Assembly (NCBI GenBank): GCA_903824855.1
Contig: CAIJYI010000005.1
Coordinates: 1 to 49,985, forward strand
DNA: 49,985 nt
Direction of reading: 5' to 3'
DNA from: an uncultured bacterium
GTDB taxonomy: Bacteria > Patescibacteriota > Minisyncoccia > Phycocordibacterales > CAIJYI01
This document shows positions 1 through 8,002 of the stretch, in pieces (positions within the stretch are counted from its first letter, which is position 1; each line of letters starts with the position of its first letter). The notes beneath the pieces are model-generated. The model was not told the DNA's origin. It searched no databases and worked only from the letters and a program-made list of their open reading frames with translations. The position numbers and the translations under genes are program-made.

Positions 1-12
1 CCCCGTCTCGCC

Positions 13-137
13 TGCCCTTGCGAGGGCATGGCTCCGACCTTCAAGTCTCCCGCGCAAAGACAAGCAGTTGTCTTTGCTCTCCGGCGCAAAAAAATCGCCG
101 TCTGGGCGATTTTATTGTGCCGGAGGGGAGACTTGAA
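13..137. repeat. Branched inverted repeat overlapping the tRNA-Leu 3' end, including an intrinsic terminator hairpin
   Basis: TTCAAGTCTCCC (40-51) is the reverse complement of GGGAGACTTGAA (126-137). Bases 79-99 pair with 105-125 at 19/21. Side hairpins are GCAAAGACAA-GCAG-TTGTCTTTGC (54-77) and TGCCCT-TGCG-AGGGCA (13-28). Confidence 0.8.
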
Positions 138-199
138 CTCCCAAGCCTTACGGCACACGATTTTGAGTCGTGCATGGTTACCAATTTCATCACTCCGGC
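118..199 (-). tRNA. tRNA-Leu(CAA); CCA not encoded
   Basis: The minus strand reads GCCGGAG-TGATGAAATTGGTAACCAT-GCACGA-CTCAAAA-TCGTG-long variable arm-GGGAGTTCAAGTCTCCC-CTCCGGC-A. This gives an acceptor stem, anticodon CAA, a GTTCAAGTC T-loop and discriminator A. Confidence 0.95.
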
Positions 200-240
200 T
201 TATGTCGTATATACTATCTTTTTTTCGCAAATAAATCAAT

Positions 241-275
241 AAAAAAACGACCTTCGAGAATTGAAGGTCGTTTTT
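241..275. terminator. Bidirectional-type intrinsic terminator
   Basis: AAAAAAACGACCTTCG-AGAA-TTGAAGGTCGTTTTT hairpin with A/T tracts, just after the 289-852 gene. Confidence 0.75.
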
Positions 276-288
276 ATTCTTTGAATGT

Positions 289-852
289 TTATTGTGCGGT
301 AAACGTCGATGAGATCATTTGGCCGTTGTTAGTAAGAGGTTTATCGGTATCCATTCCGAAGATTTGGTCGCCGTTATCACTCCACAAAACAACATAATAC
401 TTCCTCCCTGCTTCGGTACCTCTCAATAGTTCTACTGTTGTTGCGCCTGTCGTTCCTTTCGGTAACCATGATGCACCGAGAACATTTCCCATTGATCCAT
501 TTAGGTCTTCTCGAACGACAATCCAACTATCATTTTTTAATGAAACATTCTTCACAAAAACAGATTTTCCTGCGGCCAATTTAGCATCCACGCTAACACT
601 GCTCAAATTTGATGTTTTTACAACCGGCGCGATAACTGACGTCTTAATGGTTTCACCTTTCTTTGGTGTCACATCGATCGAGACGACATTTTTCTTTTCT
701 GATTCTTTTTGCTCAGTTTTAGTAACTTCACCCGCTTCGCGTCCTTTAAAGGTTCTTCCAACAACAAAGCCAAAAATCAATCCTGCTGCGATTACTCCAA
801 CAATAAGGATTTTCTGCTCCTTCAACTCGTTCATGAGAGAATCTATTTTCAT
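289..852 (-). CDS. Hypothetical membrane-anchored protein with a C-terminal beta-rich extracellular domain
   Basis: N-terminal TM (ILIVGVIAAGLIFGFVVG), charged linker, then a WIVVRED..G..GNVLGA domain. Confidence 0.8.
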   Translation of the reverse strand: MKIDSLMNELKEQKILIVGVIAAGLIFGFVVGRTFKGREAGEVTKTEQKESEKKNVVSIDVTPKKGETIKTSVIAPVVKTSNLSSVSVDAKLAAGKSVFVKNVSLKNDSWIVVREDLNGSMGNVLGASWLPKGTTGATTVELLRGTEAGRKYYVVLWSDNGDQIFGMDTDKPLTNNGQMISSTFTAQ

Positions 853-947
853 ATAAATGATAAATAATTATTAATTCGCAATACTATTTTCCGTGAATTC
901 AATAAAAAAGTCAACTTCACTTTTTGACATAAAATGGTATTAAAAAT

Positions 948-1526
948 CTATTCTTTCACCCCGACTTTAACTTTCGGAGAACGGATAAGCGCACCGTTAA
1001 GCAGATATCCTTTCTGAATTACCTCCATAATCTTGTTTTCATCTTCAGGTTTTTCGACCGTAACATTTTCAACGGAAGTATGAATATTCGGATCAAACAT
1101 TTCTCCGAGAGGAGAAAGTTGTTTCAAACCATTTTGTTCAAGAATTGAAAGCAATTGACTGTAAATATATTCCACTCCGGTTCTCCAGTTTTTATCAACT
1201 TTTTCCCATGATTCTTTATTTGCGAATGCCATGTCAAAACTGTCCAGTGCGGAAAGCACATCAAGAATTATTTCCTTATTTGCAGATTTAACAAATTCAA
1301 TTCGAGATTTTTCTTCTTCCTTTCTCGCGTTGATAAAGTCAGCTTTTGATCTCTGCCAACCGGTGAGATATTCATCGCGTTCTTTTTTTACGAGTTTTAA
1401 TTCATCTCGAAGTTTTTTGATTTTTGCCTGAGGAGCTTCTTCGTCATTATCTTGCTCCGGTTCAAAAACCACATCATCTGCAGTCGTTTCATCTTCGGTT
1501 TCTTTTATTATTTCATCATCGTTCAT
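948..1526 (-). CDS. grpE: Nucleotide exchange factor GrpE
   Basis: Motifs WQRSKADFINARK, GEMFDPNIH and VIQKGYLLNGALIRSPKVKV. Start moved to the ATG at 1526 (MNDDE). Confidence 0.95.
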   Translation of the reverse strand: MNDDEIIKETEDETTADDVVFEPEQDNDEEAPQAKIKKLRDELKLVKKERDEYLTGWQRSKADFINARKEEEKSRIEFVKSANKEIILDVLSALDSFDMAFANKESWEKVDKNWRTGVEYIYSQLLSILEQNGLKQLSPLGEMFDPNIHTSVENVTVEKPEDENKIMEVIQKGYLLNGALIRSPKVKVGVKE

Positions 1527-1590
1527 AAATGCTATTTTTTTATACTCTTTTGCCAAAATTGTAACACAAAATACCGCTTTTTGAAACATA

Positions 1591-1619
1591 TTGACATAAA
1601 TATGGATATATGATATACT
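1591..1619 (+). promoter_or_regulatory. Near-consensus sigma70 promoter for the 1664-1834 peptide gene
   Basis: TTGACA (1591-1596), a 17-bp spacer ending in TGA, then TATACT (1614-1619). Confidence 0.75.
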
Positions 1620-1663
1620 GGGTGTAGTATTGATTCCATATATGAAAACCGAAGGAGGTTATC

Positions 1664-1834
1664 ATGGCATTTCCAAAATTATCTGATGAAAAGAAAGCAT
1701 TATTAGGCTTTGGCGCGGGGGTTTCCCCTTTCGTAGCAGCAGCTATTGCTCCTGCAGCAATTGCAAACCCGGTCTTCGGGACAATGATGTTACTTGCTAT
1801 CGGCGTCAACATATTTGTTGAATTCGTCTTATAA
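1664..1834 (+). CDS. 56-aa hydrophobic small protein (absent from the supplied ORF track)
   Basis: MAFPKLSDEKKALLGFGAGVSPFVAAAIAPAAIANPVFGTMMLLAIGVNIFVEFVL*. SD AAGGAGG upstream, its own promoter, and a terminator immediately downstream. Confidence 0.75.
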   Translation: MAFPKLSDEKKALLGFGAGVSPFVAAAIAPAAIANPVFGTMMLLAIGVNIFVEFVL

Positions 1835-1838
1835 AGTT

Positions 1839-1871
1839 AACAGGGTTCCTTTTTTGGGGACCCTGTTTTTT
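1839..1871 (+). terminator. Intrinsic terminator
   Basis: AACAGGGTTCCT..GGGGACCCTGTT stem followed by a T tract. Confidence 0.75.
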
Positions 1872-1945
1872 ATTTTGCTTGACCTACGAGTATATTAGGA
1901 TTAATCTTTATTTCAGATTCATTAAACACCAAAGGAGGTGCTATC

Positions 1946-2302
1946 ATGAAAAAGCATGGCTTTTTACAAACTTTTTCCCCCAACGCCGAATTAAAAAAAG
2001 ACAACACTCAACCAAAAAATCCGCTTGATAATTTTACCATTATCTTTATGGGTCCTGAAGGTTCAGACATCAAAGTCAAAATTACCGGGACAAGCCTTAT
2101 GGATAAAAAATTATGGGAAATAGTTTTTTATCGCAATGAGTTTGGTTGGAGACAGCTTCATTTTGCTATTCTTGATTATTTTTGTGAAAAATTCAATTTA
2201 GTACTCGACGTTGAAACGCATGAATATTATCGTACAGATAATGGCCATCTATTTGAGACTAATCTTGTTGGGATTTGGACTCCTGAGAAAAAGGAAACCT
2301 GA
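1946..2302 (+). CDS. Hypothetical protein (118 aa)
   Basis: SD AAAGGAGGTG, an upstream TTGACC..TAATCT promoter-like pair, and a hairpin plus T tract at 2351-2382. Confidence 0.7.
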   Translation: MKKHGFLQTFSPNAELKKDNTQPKNPLDNFTIIFMGPEGSDIKVKITGTSLMDKKLWEIVFYRNEFGWRQLHFAILDYFCEKFNLVLDVETHEYYRTDNGHLFETNLVGIWTPEKKET

Positions 2303-2460
2303 AACAAGAGGGGGTTATCATTCCTCAATAAAAACATATAAACGCGATACAAGGGGCCCATTATTGTGGGCCTCTTTTTTTTCCCAAATAACATGCAAAT
2401 GAAAAGGAACTTTATCTCAGACGGAGGCAATGTTGATCATTTAGTCGCACGTATATAACC

Positions 2461-2488
2461 TAAAAGCTAACAATTAACAGCTAAAACC
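2461..2488. repeat. Imperfect heptamer tandem repeat
   Basis: TAAAAGC TAACAAT TAACAGC TAAAACC. Confidence 0.55.
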
Positions 2489-2574
2489 TCGTTCGTCTTT
2501 TATCCCCACATTCTCCACATTCTTTAAGATTCTAACCTGTCGTCCGATGTTATTCCCCGTGATACAATATACTC

Positions 2575-3966
2575 ATGTCACAAAACCAAAACAAGGCATT
2601 TAGAATACCTCCCCAAAGTATCGAGTCCGAGAAGGCACTGCTCGGTTCTATTATGCTTCGTCCGGAAGCATTATATGACATCATGGATTTTCTTCGCGAC
2701 GAATCTTTCTATGCCGAAAAACATCGCATCATTTTTCAGGGAATAATGGATCTTTTCGGGAGGCATGAACCAATCGACATGCTTTCTCTCTCAAACCGGT
2801 TAAAAGAAAAAAATGTTCTTGACGGTATCGGAGGAAGTGCATATATTGCCGAACTGGTAAACACAGTCCCCTCTTCCGCTAATGCAAAACATTACGCTGA
2901 TACTGTTCAGAAAAAGCATGTTCTCCGTAGTTTGATTGATGCGTCTAATCGCGTTTCTGAATTTGGATACAACGAAGCAGAGGAATTGGATTTTACTTTA
3001 GATAAATGTGAGAAAGAAATTTTTCAGGTGACATCGATGACCTCCAATCAGAAATTTTACAGTATGAAAGAAACGCTTGACGGTGCATGGGAGAGACTTG
3101 ACCGACTCACAAAATCAAAAGAAGAGCTTCGAGGAGTCCCGACCGGGTTTCGAGGACTCGATGCCAAACTTGCAGGTTTCCAAAAATCAGACCTTATCAT
3201 TCTCGCTGCTCGACCTTCTATGGGAAAAACTTCTCTCGCTCTCGACATGGCACGCATATCCGCTCTCAAATACAAAACGCCGGTTTGTTTCTTCTCACTC
3301 GAAATGAGCGCCCAACAACTCGTCGACCGTATGTTGGCATCGGAAGCGCGCGTTGATTCCTGGAAAATTCGCACCGGTGCCAAAAATATTACCGACGATG
3401 AGTTTTCTCAAATCCGTGATGCCCTTGCCCGTCTTTCCACCGCACCGATTTTTATTGATGACCAGGCAGGCAATAACATTATAAAAATGCGATCAACGGC
3501 AAGACGAATCAAAAGCGAACACGGACTGGGTTTGATTGTCGTGGACTATCTCCAGCTTATGGCCCCAAGTCGCGCCAGTGATAATATGGTTCAGCAGGTT
3601 ACCGAGATTTCACGCGGATTAAAACAGCTTGCTCGAGAACTCGATGTTCCGGTGCTCGCTCTCTCACAGCTCTCCCGCGCCGTCGAACAACGCGGGGGCA
3701 AACCGAGACTTTCCGACCTTCGTGATTCCGGATCAATCGAGCAGGATGCCGACGTCGTTATCTTCATTCATCGCGAACAAAACGAAGAAGGTGGAGGAAG
3801 AAAACAAAATGCAGAAATTCTTATTGAAAAACACAGAAATGGTCCGACGGGAAAAGTAGATCTCTATTTTGACGGAGACAAAACGACATTCTTGGATATT
3901 GAAGAAAATATACCGATGCCGGCCGGCGGAGGAATGGCACGCAAAGATGATTTTGATGGATTCTAA
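2575..3966 (+). CDS. dnaB: Replicative DNA helicase
   Basis: N-terminal PPQSIESEKALLG, Walker A AARPSMGKT, IVVDYLQL, LSQLSR, DLRDSGSIEQDAD and KHRNGPTG. Confidence 0.98.
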   Translation: MSQNQNKAFRIPPQSIESEKALLGSIMLRPEALYDIMDFLRDESFYAEKHRIIFQGIMDLFGRHEPIDMLSLSNRLKEKNVLDGIGGSAYIAELVNTVPSSANAKHYADTVQKKHVLRSLIDASNRVSEFGYNEAEELDFTLDKCEKEIFQVTSMTSNQKFYSMKETLDGAWERLDRLTKSKEELRGVPTGFRGLDAKLAGFQKSDLIILAARPSMGKTSLALDMARISALKYKTPVCFFSLEMSAQQLVDRMLASEARVDSWKIRTGAKNITDDEFSQIRDALARLSTAPIFIDDQAGNNIIKMRSTARRIKSEHGLGLIVVDYLQLMAPSRASDNMVQQVTEISRGLKQLARELDVPVLALSQLSRAVEQRGGKPRLSDLRDSGSIEQDADVVIFIHREQNEEGGGRKQNAEILIEKHRNGPTGKVDLYFDGDKTTFLDIEENIPMPAGGGMARKDDFDGF

Positions 3967-3984
3967 AAATTGAGAATGTAGAAT

Positions 3985-4019
3985 AAAAAAAAGGCATACC
4001 GGATTAGGGTATGCCTTTT
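3985..4019. terminator. Bidirectional terminator between convergent genes
   Basis: AAAAGGCATACC-GGATTAG-GGTATGCCTTTT. Confidence 0.75.
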
Positions 4020-4025
4020 GGCTAA

Positions 4026-4217
4026 TTATCCCGGCTTAGTCCACATGTCTTTTATAATGACAATTGAGCACGATATTATAATGGTTAATACTCCAAATAT
4101 CATCGTCTCAACGCCACTGGAATTACCTGCAGAACTCACAAAAAAGCCAATCATTAGAAGAGCAAGACCAATTACATAAGCAGTAGCTGAAATCTGTTCA
4201 GTTTTCGATTTTTTCAT
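4026..4217 (-). CDS. Small two-TM membrane protein (63 aa)
   Basis: Two hydrophobic segments, SD AAGGAG, and a TTGACT..TATAGT promoter on the minus strand around 4261-4288. Confidence 0.7.
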   Translation of the reverse strand: MKKSKTEQISATAYVIGLALLMIGFFVSSAGNSSGVETMIFGVLTIIISCSIVIIKDMWTKPG

Positions 4218-4366
4218 TTATATCTCCTTTTTTCGATTGTTGAATTACAAATCCATATCCACTATATACAATATTTTTCGCTAGTCAAATAAGAGACGCC
4301 ATGGGATAAAACTTTGCTTATTTCCTTCTCTGCTTGAAACGAGTATAATATTATTACACAAAATAT

Positions 4367-4987
4367 ATGCCGCCTATTGAATCACTTATTGAATATTTTT
4401 CTAAATTTCCGGGAATTGGTCCGAGACAAGCGAAACGCTTTGTTTATTTTTTGCTGGCAAAAGATCCGATGTTTCGTGAAAATTTTTCGGAGGCTCTTGT
4501 ACGTCTTGATAAAGAGATTACTCAATGCGGTTTATGCTTTAGATATTACCAGAAGAGCTATGAAAGGGATGGAAAATGCCCCATTTGCGCTGATGCAATG
4601 AGAGACAGTTCAAAACTGCTAGTAGTTGAAAAGGATGTCGATTTTGAAAATATTCACAAGATGAGTATTTGGGACGGTCAGTATTTTATTCTTGGAGGTT
4701 CACTGCCGATTCTGGAAAAAGAGCCGACAAAAAAAATTCGCGGAAGAGAGCTCTTTAATACCGTACAGGATCGTGCAAAAAATGGTACACTTAAAGAAAT
4801 CGTTCTCGCGATGAGCGCAACTTCGGAAGGTGAAAATACTCTTGCTTATCTCGAAACTATTCTCCCTCCCCTTGCGGAAAAATATCATTTAAAGATTACC
4901 TCTCTCGGACGTGGAATATCCTCAGGAACTGAACTCGAATATTCCGATCATGACACGATGCATAACGCGCTTGAAAATAGGAAATAG
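4367..4987 (+). CDS. recR: Recombination mediator RecR
   Basis: HhH motif FPGIGPRQAKR, C4 zinc finger CGLC..CPIC, Toprim VVEKDVD / LAMSATSEGENT, and GTELEYSD. Confidence 0.95.
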   Translation: MPPIESLIEYFSKFPGIGPRQAKRFVYFLLAKDPMFRENFSEALVRLDKEITQCGLCFRYYQKSYERDGKCPICADAMRDSSKLLVVEKDVDFENIHKMSIWDGQYFILGGSLPILEKEPTKKIRGRELFNTVQDRAKNGTLKEIVLAMSATSEGENTLAYLETILPPLAEKYHLKITSLGRGISSGTELEYSDHDTMHNALENRK

Positions 4988-5022
4988 TTTTTTTAAAAAT
5001 TGTAATTATTTAACTAATAAAA

Positions 5023-5418
5023 ATGAATACTTTTACCTGGTATGCAGAACTAAAGAAACCGTCATGGGCTCCACCTTCGTGGGTTTTTGGTCCCGCTTGG
5101 ACATTTCTCTATATTTTAATTGCGATTTCATTCGGAAGAGTCTTCATCAGTGCTTGGAGCGGTGAGATTCCATCCATTATTGCACTACCGTTCATTCTCA
5201 ACCTTATCTTCAATTTTGCTTTTTCTCCCATCCAATTTGGTATGCAAAATAACGCTCTGGCTGCAGTGGATTGCATTTGTATTTTAATAACTCTCATCTT
5301 TGCAACCGTTATAATTTTTCCCATTATTCCTTTTGTTGCTTACATGCAAATTCCTTATCTTCTCTGGGTTTCATTTGCGACGGTTCTTCAATTAACCGTG
5401 ACATACCTTAACAGATAG
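5023..5418 (+). CDS. tspO: TspO/MBR tryptophan-rich sensory protein
   Basis: WYAELKKPSWAPPSWVFGPAWTFLY, LILNLIFNFAFSPIQFG and PYLLWVSFATVL. Confidence 0.93.
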   Translation: MNTFTWYAELKKPSWAPPSWVFGPAWTFLYILIAISFGRVFISAWSGEIPSIIALPFILNLIFNFAFSPIQFGMQNNALAAVDCICILITLIFATVIIFPIIPFVAYMQIPYLLWVSFATVLQLTVTYLNR

Positions 5419-5500
5419 ATATTTGACTTTGAAATATAAATATCGCATTATATTAATCAGATTTAACTTCACAACAATGTTATTTAAAAAAGGAGGACAC

Positions 5501-6121
5501 ATGGATAAAGACCCACAAAATGAAAAAGATGATTCACATTTATCCTCTCTGGAAAATGCGATAAAGATTCTGGAACAAGAGGTGTCTAAAGAAATCGCCA
5601 AAAAACGCGCGGGCCTCAGATACGGAATGGAAAAAGGCCGAGCGGTTTTCGAGCAAGAAGTGTTAAGACGCCATGGGGAGTTAAAAACCGGACTCTGGAA
5701 GTACATAAGGAGTGCGAGTTTCGGCGTAATTATCACCGCCCCCATAATTTATTTCGGTATTATTCCGATTATGTTGATGGATATTTTTTGTACGCTATAT
5801 CAATTCATCTGCTTCCCCGTCTATAAAATCGAACGCGTTAAAAGAAGTGATTATATGATATTTGAAAGATCTCATCTCGCCTATCTAAACGCGATTCAGA
5901 TGATTAATTGCGCCTATTGTTCTTATGGAAACGGCGTCATTGCCTATGCTCGTGAAATTTTTGCCCGCACCGAAGAACACTGGTGCCCGATCAAACATGC
6001 AAAAAAAGTAATCGGCTATCATGATAGATATGAGAACTATGCAGAATTTGGTGACGTTAATGCCTTTCTTGAAAAATATATGAAAGAAAGAAACGGTAAG
6101 AAAATTTCCAAACCTGAATAA
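5501..6121 (+). CDS. Hypothetical membrane protein with Cys/His motifs
   Basis: SD AAGGAGG before the ATG at 5501, a central hydrophobic segment, NCAYCSYGNG and HWCPIKH; terminator at 6129-6157. Confidence 0.8.
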   Translation: MDKDPQNEKDDSHLSSLENAIKILEQEVSKEIAKKRAGLRYGMEKGRAVFEQEVLRRHGELKTGLWKYIRSASFGVIITAPIIYFGIIPIMLMDIFCTLYQFICFPVYKIERVKRSDYMIFERSHLAYLNAIQMINCAYCSYGNGVIAYAREIFARTEEHWCPIKHAKKVIGYHDRYENYAEFGDVNAFLEKYMKERNGKKISKPE

Positions 6122-6216
6122 ATTATTTCCGCAGGAATTCATTTCCTGCGGTTTTTTCTATAATTTTTAAAAAGTGTTATAATAAATAAAGTATTATTAA
6201 TAAAAAATCAAAATAT

Positions 6217-6612
6217 ATGAAAGGATTCGTTATCGATCTTGAAAAAAGCACTATTGAAAATGATGACTTTAGAAGAGTTTTATACACTGCAAAAAATTGC
6301 CAACTCGTACTAATGAGTCTTAAACCGGGAGAAGAAATCGGAATGGAAGTTCACACTCTTGATCAATTTCTTAGATTTGAAAGCGGTGAAGGAAAAGTCA
6401 TCCTTGACGGCGTTAGCCATGATGTCTCGGATGGTTTTGCGGTAGTCGTGCCGGCAGGAACAAACCATAATGTTATCAACACTTCACCAATGGAAATGTT
6501 GAAGCTTTATACGGTTTATGCCCCGCCGGAACACAAAGACGGCGTCATTAGACACACAAAAGAAGAGGCGGAAGCAAGCGAAGAACATTTTGACGGAACG
6601 ACATCAGAATAG
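6217..6612 (+). CDS. Cupin domain protein
   Basis: EIGMEVH..DQFLRFESGEG, VPAGTNHNVIN and KLYTVYAPPEH; terminator at 6623-6650. Confidence 0.92.
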   Translation: MKGFVIDLEKSTIENDDFRRVLYTAKNCQLVLMSLKPGEEIGMEVHTLDQFLRFESGEGKVILDGVSHDVSDGFAVVVPAGTNHNVINTSPMEMLKLYTVYAPPEHKDGVIRHTKEEAEASEEHFDGTTSE

Positions 6613-6737
6613 ACTTTTCACGAAAAAGAGCCCTGGTAGGCTCTTTTTTTGTGTATTGCCATAATGCGAATTTTATGATATAGTATTTCCATTAGGTTCT
6701 TTTACATTTTTAACTCATAACCATTACGGAGAGTCTC

Positions 6738-7676
6738 ATGCACGACCTACAAAAAGAAGGTTTAGCGAGGAGGCGCATATTTTATTATGTTCAACCCGCA
6801 GACCACAAAACAAACAATTTCTTAAGAACAGCCCTACCTGAAAAAGTAATAAAACGGTCGGGTCATGAAGTATTCGGTACTCCTGTTCCGTCAGAATTTG
6901 ATCTTTATCGTACATCATGGAATGACATCGAAATATTCATGGGTTACTCGTATCTGACTTTTAACGTCTACAAAAGAAGAGAGACTGAAACATTGCCTCG
7001 TTTCGCAATGAGAAAAAGTCCTGATATTGAAGCCCGCAACAATGCAGCAGAAAGAGTAAATATAGAAAAACTTTCACTTGTGAAATGTGCAAAACCATTA
7101 CCACAAAAAAAAGTTGATTCTGTGCCAAAGGTTCAGAAAATTTGGGAAATTCCGAAAAAATGTTTTCCGGAAAGACCTGAACTTTCACAAGAAAATAGCG
7201 AGAGAATGAAAAAATCTGCTCGCCCTGAAAAACGAACCTTAATATTGCTTGATCTTCCAAAAACAAAAAAAACAAAAAATTCTGAAGTTTCAAAAAAAGA
7301 AAAAACAGAAAATGTTTTTGACGTAAATGTACATTTAGAGAAATATTTAATCTGCCCACAACACAAACATTCAACAGTCGAATCGACTATTTCTCACATC
7401 AGAAAAGCTCTTCTTGAATCAGGTTTAAGCACTCAATCAATGTATGAGAGCGGAAAATCCAAGAATGAAAGTTTTGATTTGGTTTGGGAAGCAAACGGAA
7501 ACGCACTTTTTACGCTTTGGCGCTATGCGCGACAAAACGAATATGTACGATTTGTCGTTACCAGGTCGCCAAAAGACGGAATGTTTGATAATTTGGAAGA
7601 AGTACTAATTTACCCAAAAGAAAACAAAAGAGATACAAAATTTAGCCTTCTGCAATACAATTCAAGAAATTCATAA
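6738..7676 (+). CDS. Hypothetical protein with two related domains separated by a Lys/Glu/Pro linker
   Basis: 312-aa ORF with TTGCCA..TATAGT promoter and GGAG SD. Motif similarity to 12014-12775. Confidence 0.75.
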   Translation: MHDLQKEGLARRRIFYYVQPADHKTNNFLRTALPEKVIKRSGHEVFGTPVPSEFDLYRTSWNDIEIFMGYSYLTFNVYKRRETETLPRFAMRKSPDIEARNNAAERVNIEKLSLVKCAKPLPQKKVDSVPKVQKIWEIPKKCFPERPELSQENSERMKKSARPEKRTLILLDLPKTKKTKNSEVSKKEKTENVFDVNVHLEKYLICPQHKHSTVESTISHIRKALLESGLSTQSMYESGKSKNESFDLVWEANGNALFTLWRYARQNEYVRFVVTRSPKDGMFDNLEEVLIYPKENKRDTKFSLLQYNSRNS

Positions 7677-7692
7677 ACCACGGAGAAGTATT

Positions 7693-7908
7693 ATGTGCGA
7701 AAGATGTAATGACAAAAAAACCGTTTCGGTTACGAGAGGTGCACACAGACAAAGTATTGCGTGCCCCAAATGTCAAAAAGTGGAATACGACACTTTAGTC
7801 CGGATAGAGCCCTCCCAATACGGCAAAAGATGCCCTGAATGCGGAAGCCCTGTTTTTCTGACACCTGACGGAAATCAAATTACCGTTGTCTGCAAACATT
7901 GTAGATAA
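7693..7908 (+). CDS. Small double zinc-ribbon protein
   Basis: Four CxxC motifs (CERC, CPKC, CPEC, CKHC) and SD GGAG; palindromic terminator at 7948-7984. Confidence 0.75.
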   Translation: MCERCNDKKTVSVTRGAHRQSIACPKCQKVEYDTLVRIEPSQYGKRCPECGSPVFLTPDGNQITVVCKHCR

Positions 7909-8002
7909 TAAGAGATAATTTTTTCGTTACGTATATCGTTAAAATCAAATCCCTCAAGAGTTTTACTCTTGAGGGATTATTTTTATATATTTCCTTTTTG
8001 TG

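Noticed and set aside
18-397. Short + strand ORFs
   Set aside because: They overlap the tRNA, hairpins and the opposite-strand gene, and have no start signals.
1540-1812. 90-aa minus-strand ORF from the track
   Set aside because: It overlaps the + strand peptide gene, which has the promoter, SD and terminator support.
2499-2520. DnaA-box-like words (TTATCCCCACA, TTCTCCACA) as oriC
   Set aside because: The matches are few and imperfect, there is no dnaA/dnaN nearby, and similar words occur at other intergenic sites.
1591-7990. Integron cassette array
   Set aside because: The intergenic hairpins are ordinary terminators without attC RYYYAAC/GTTRRRY ends. Core genes are interspersed and no integrase is present.
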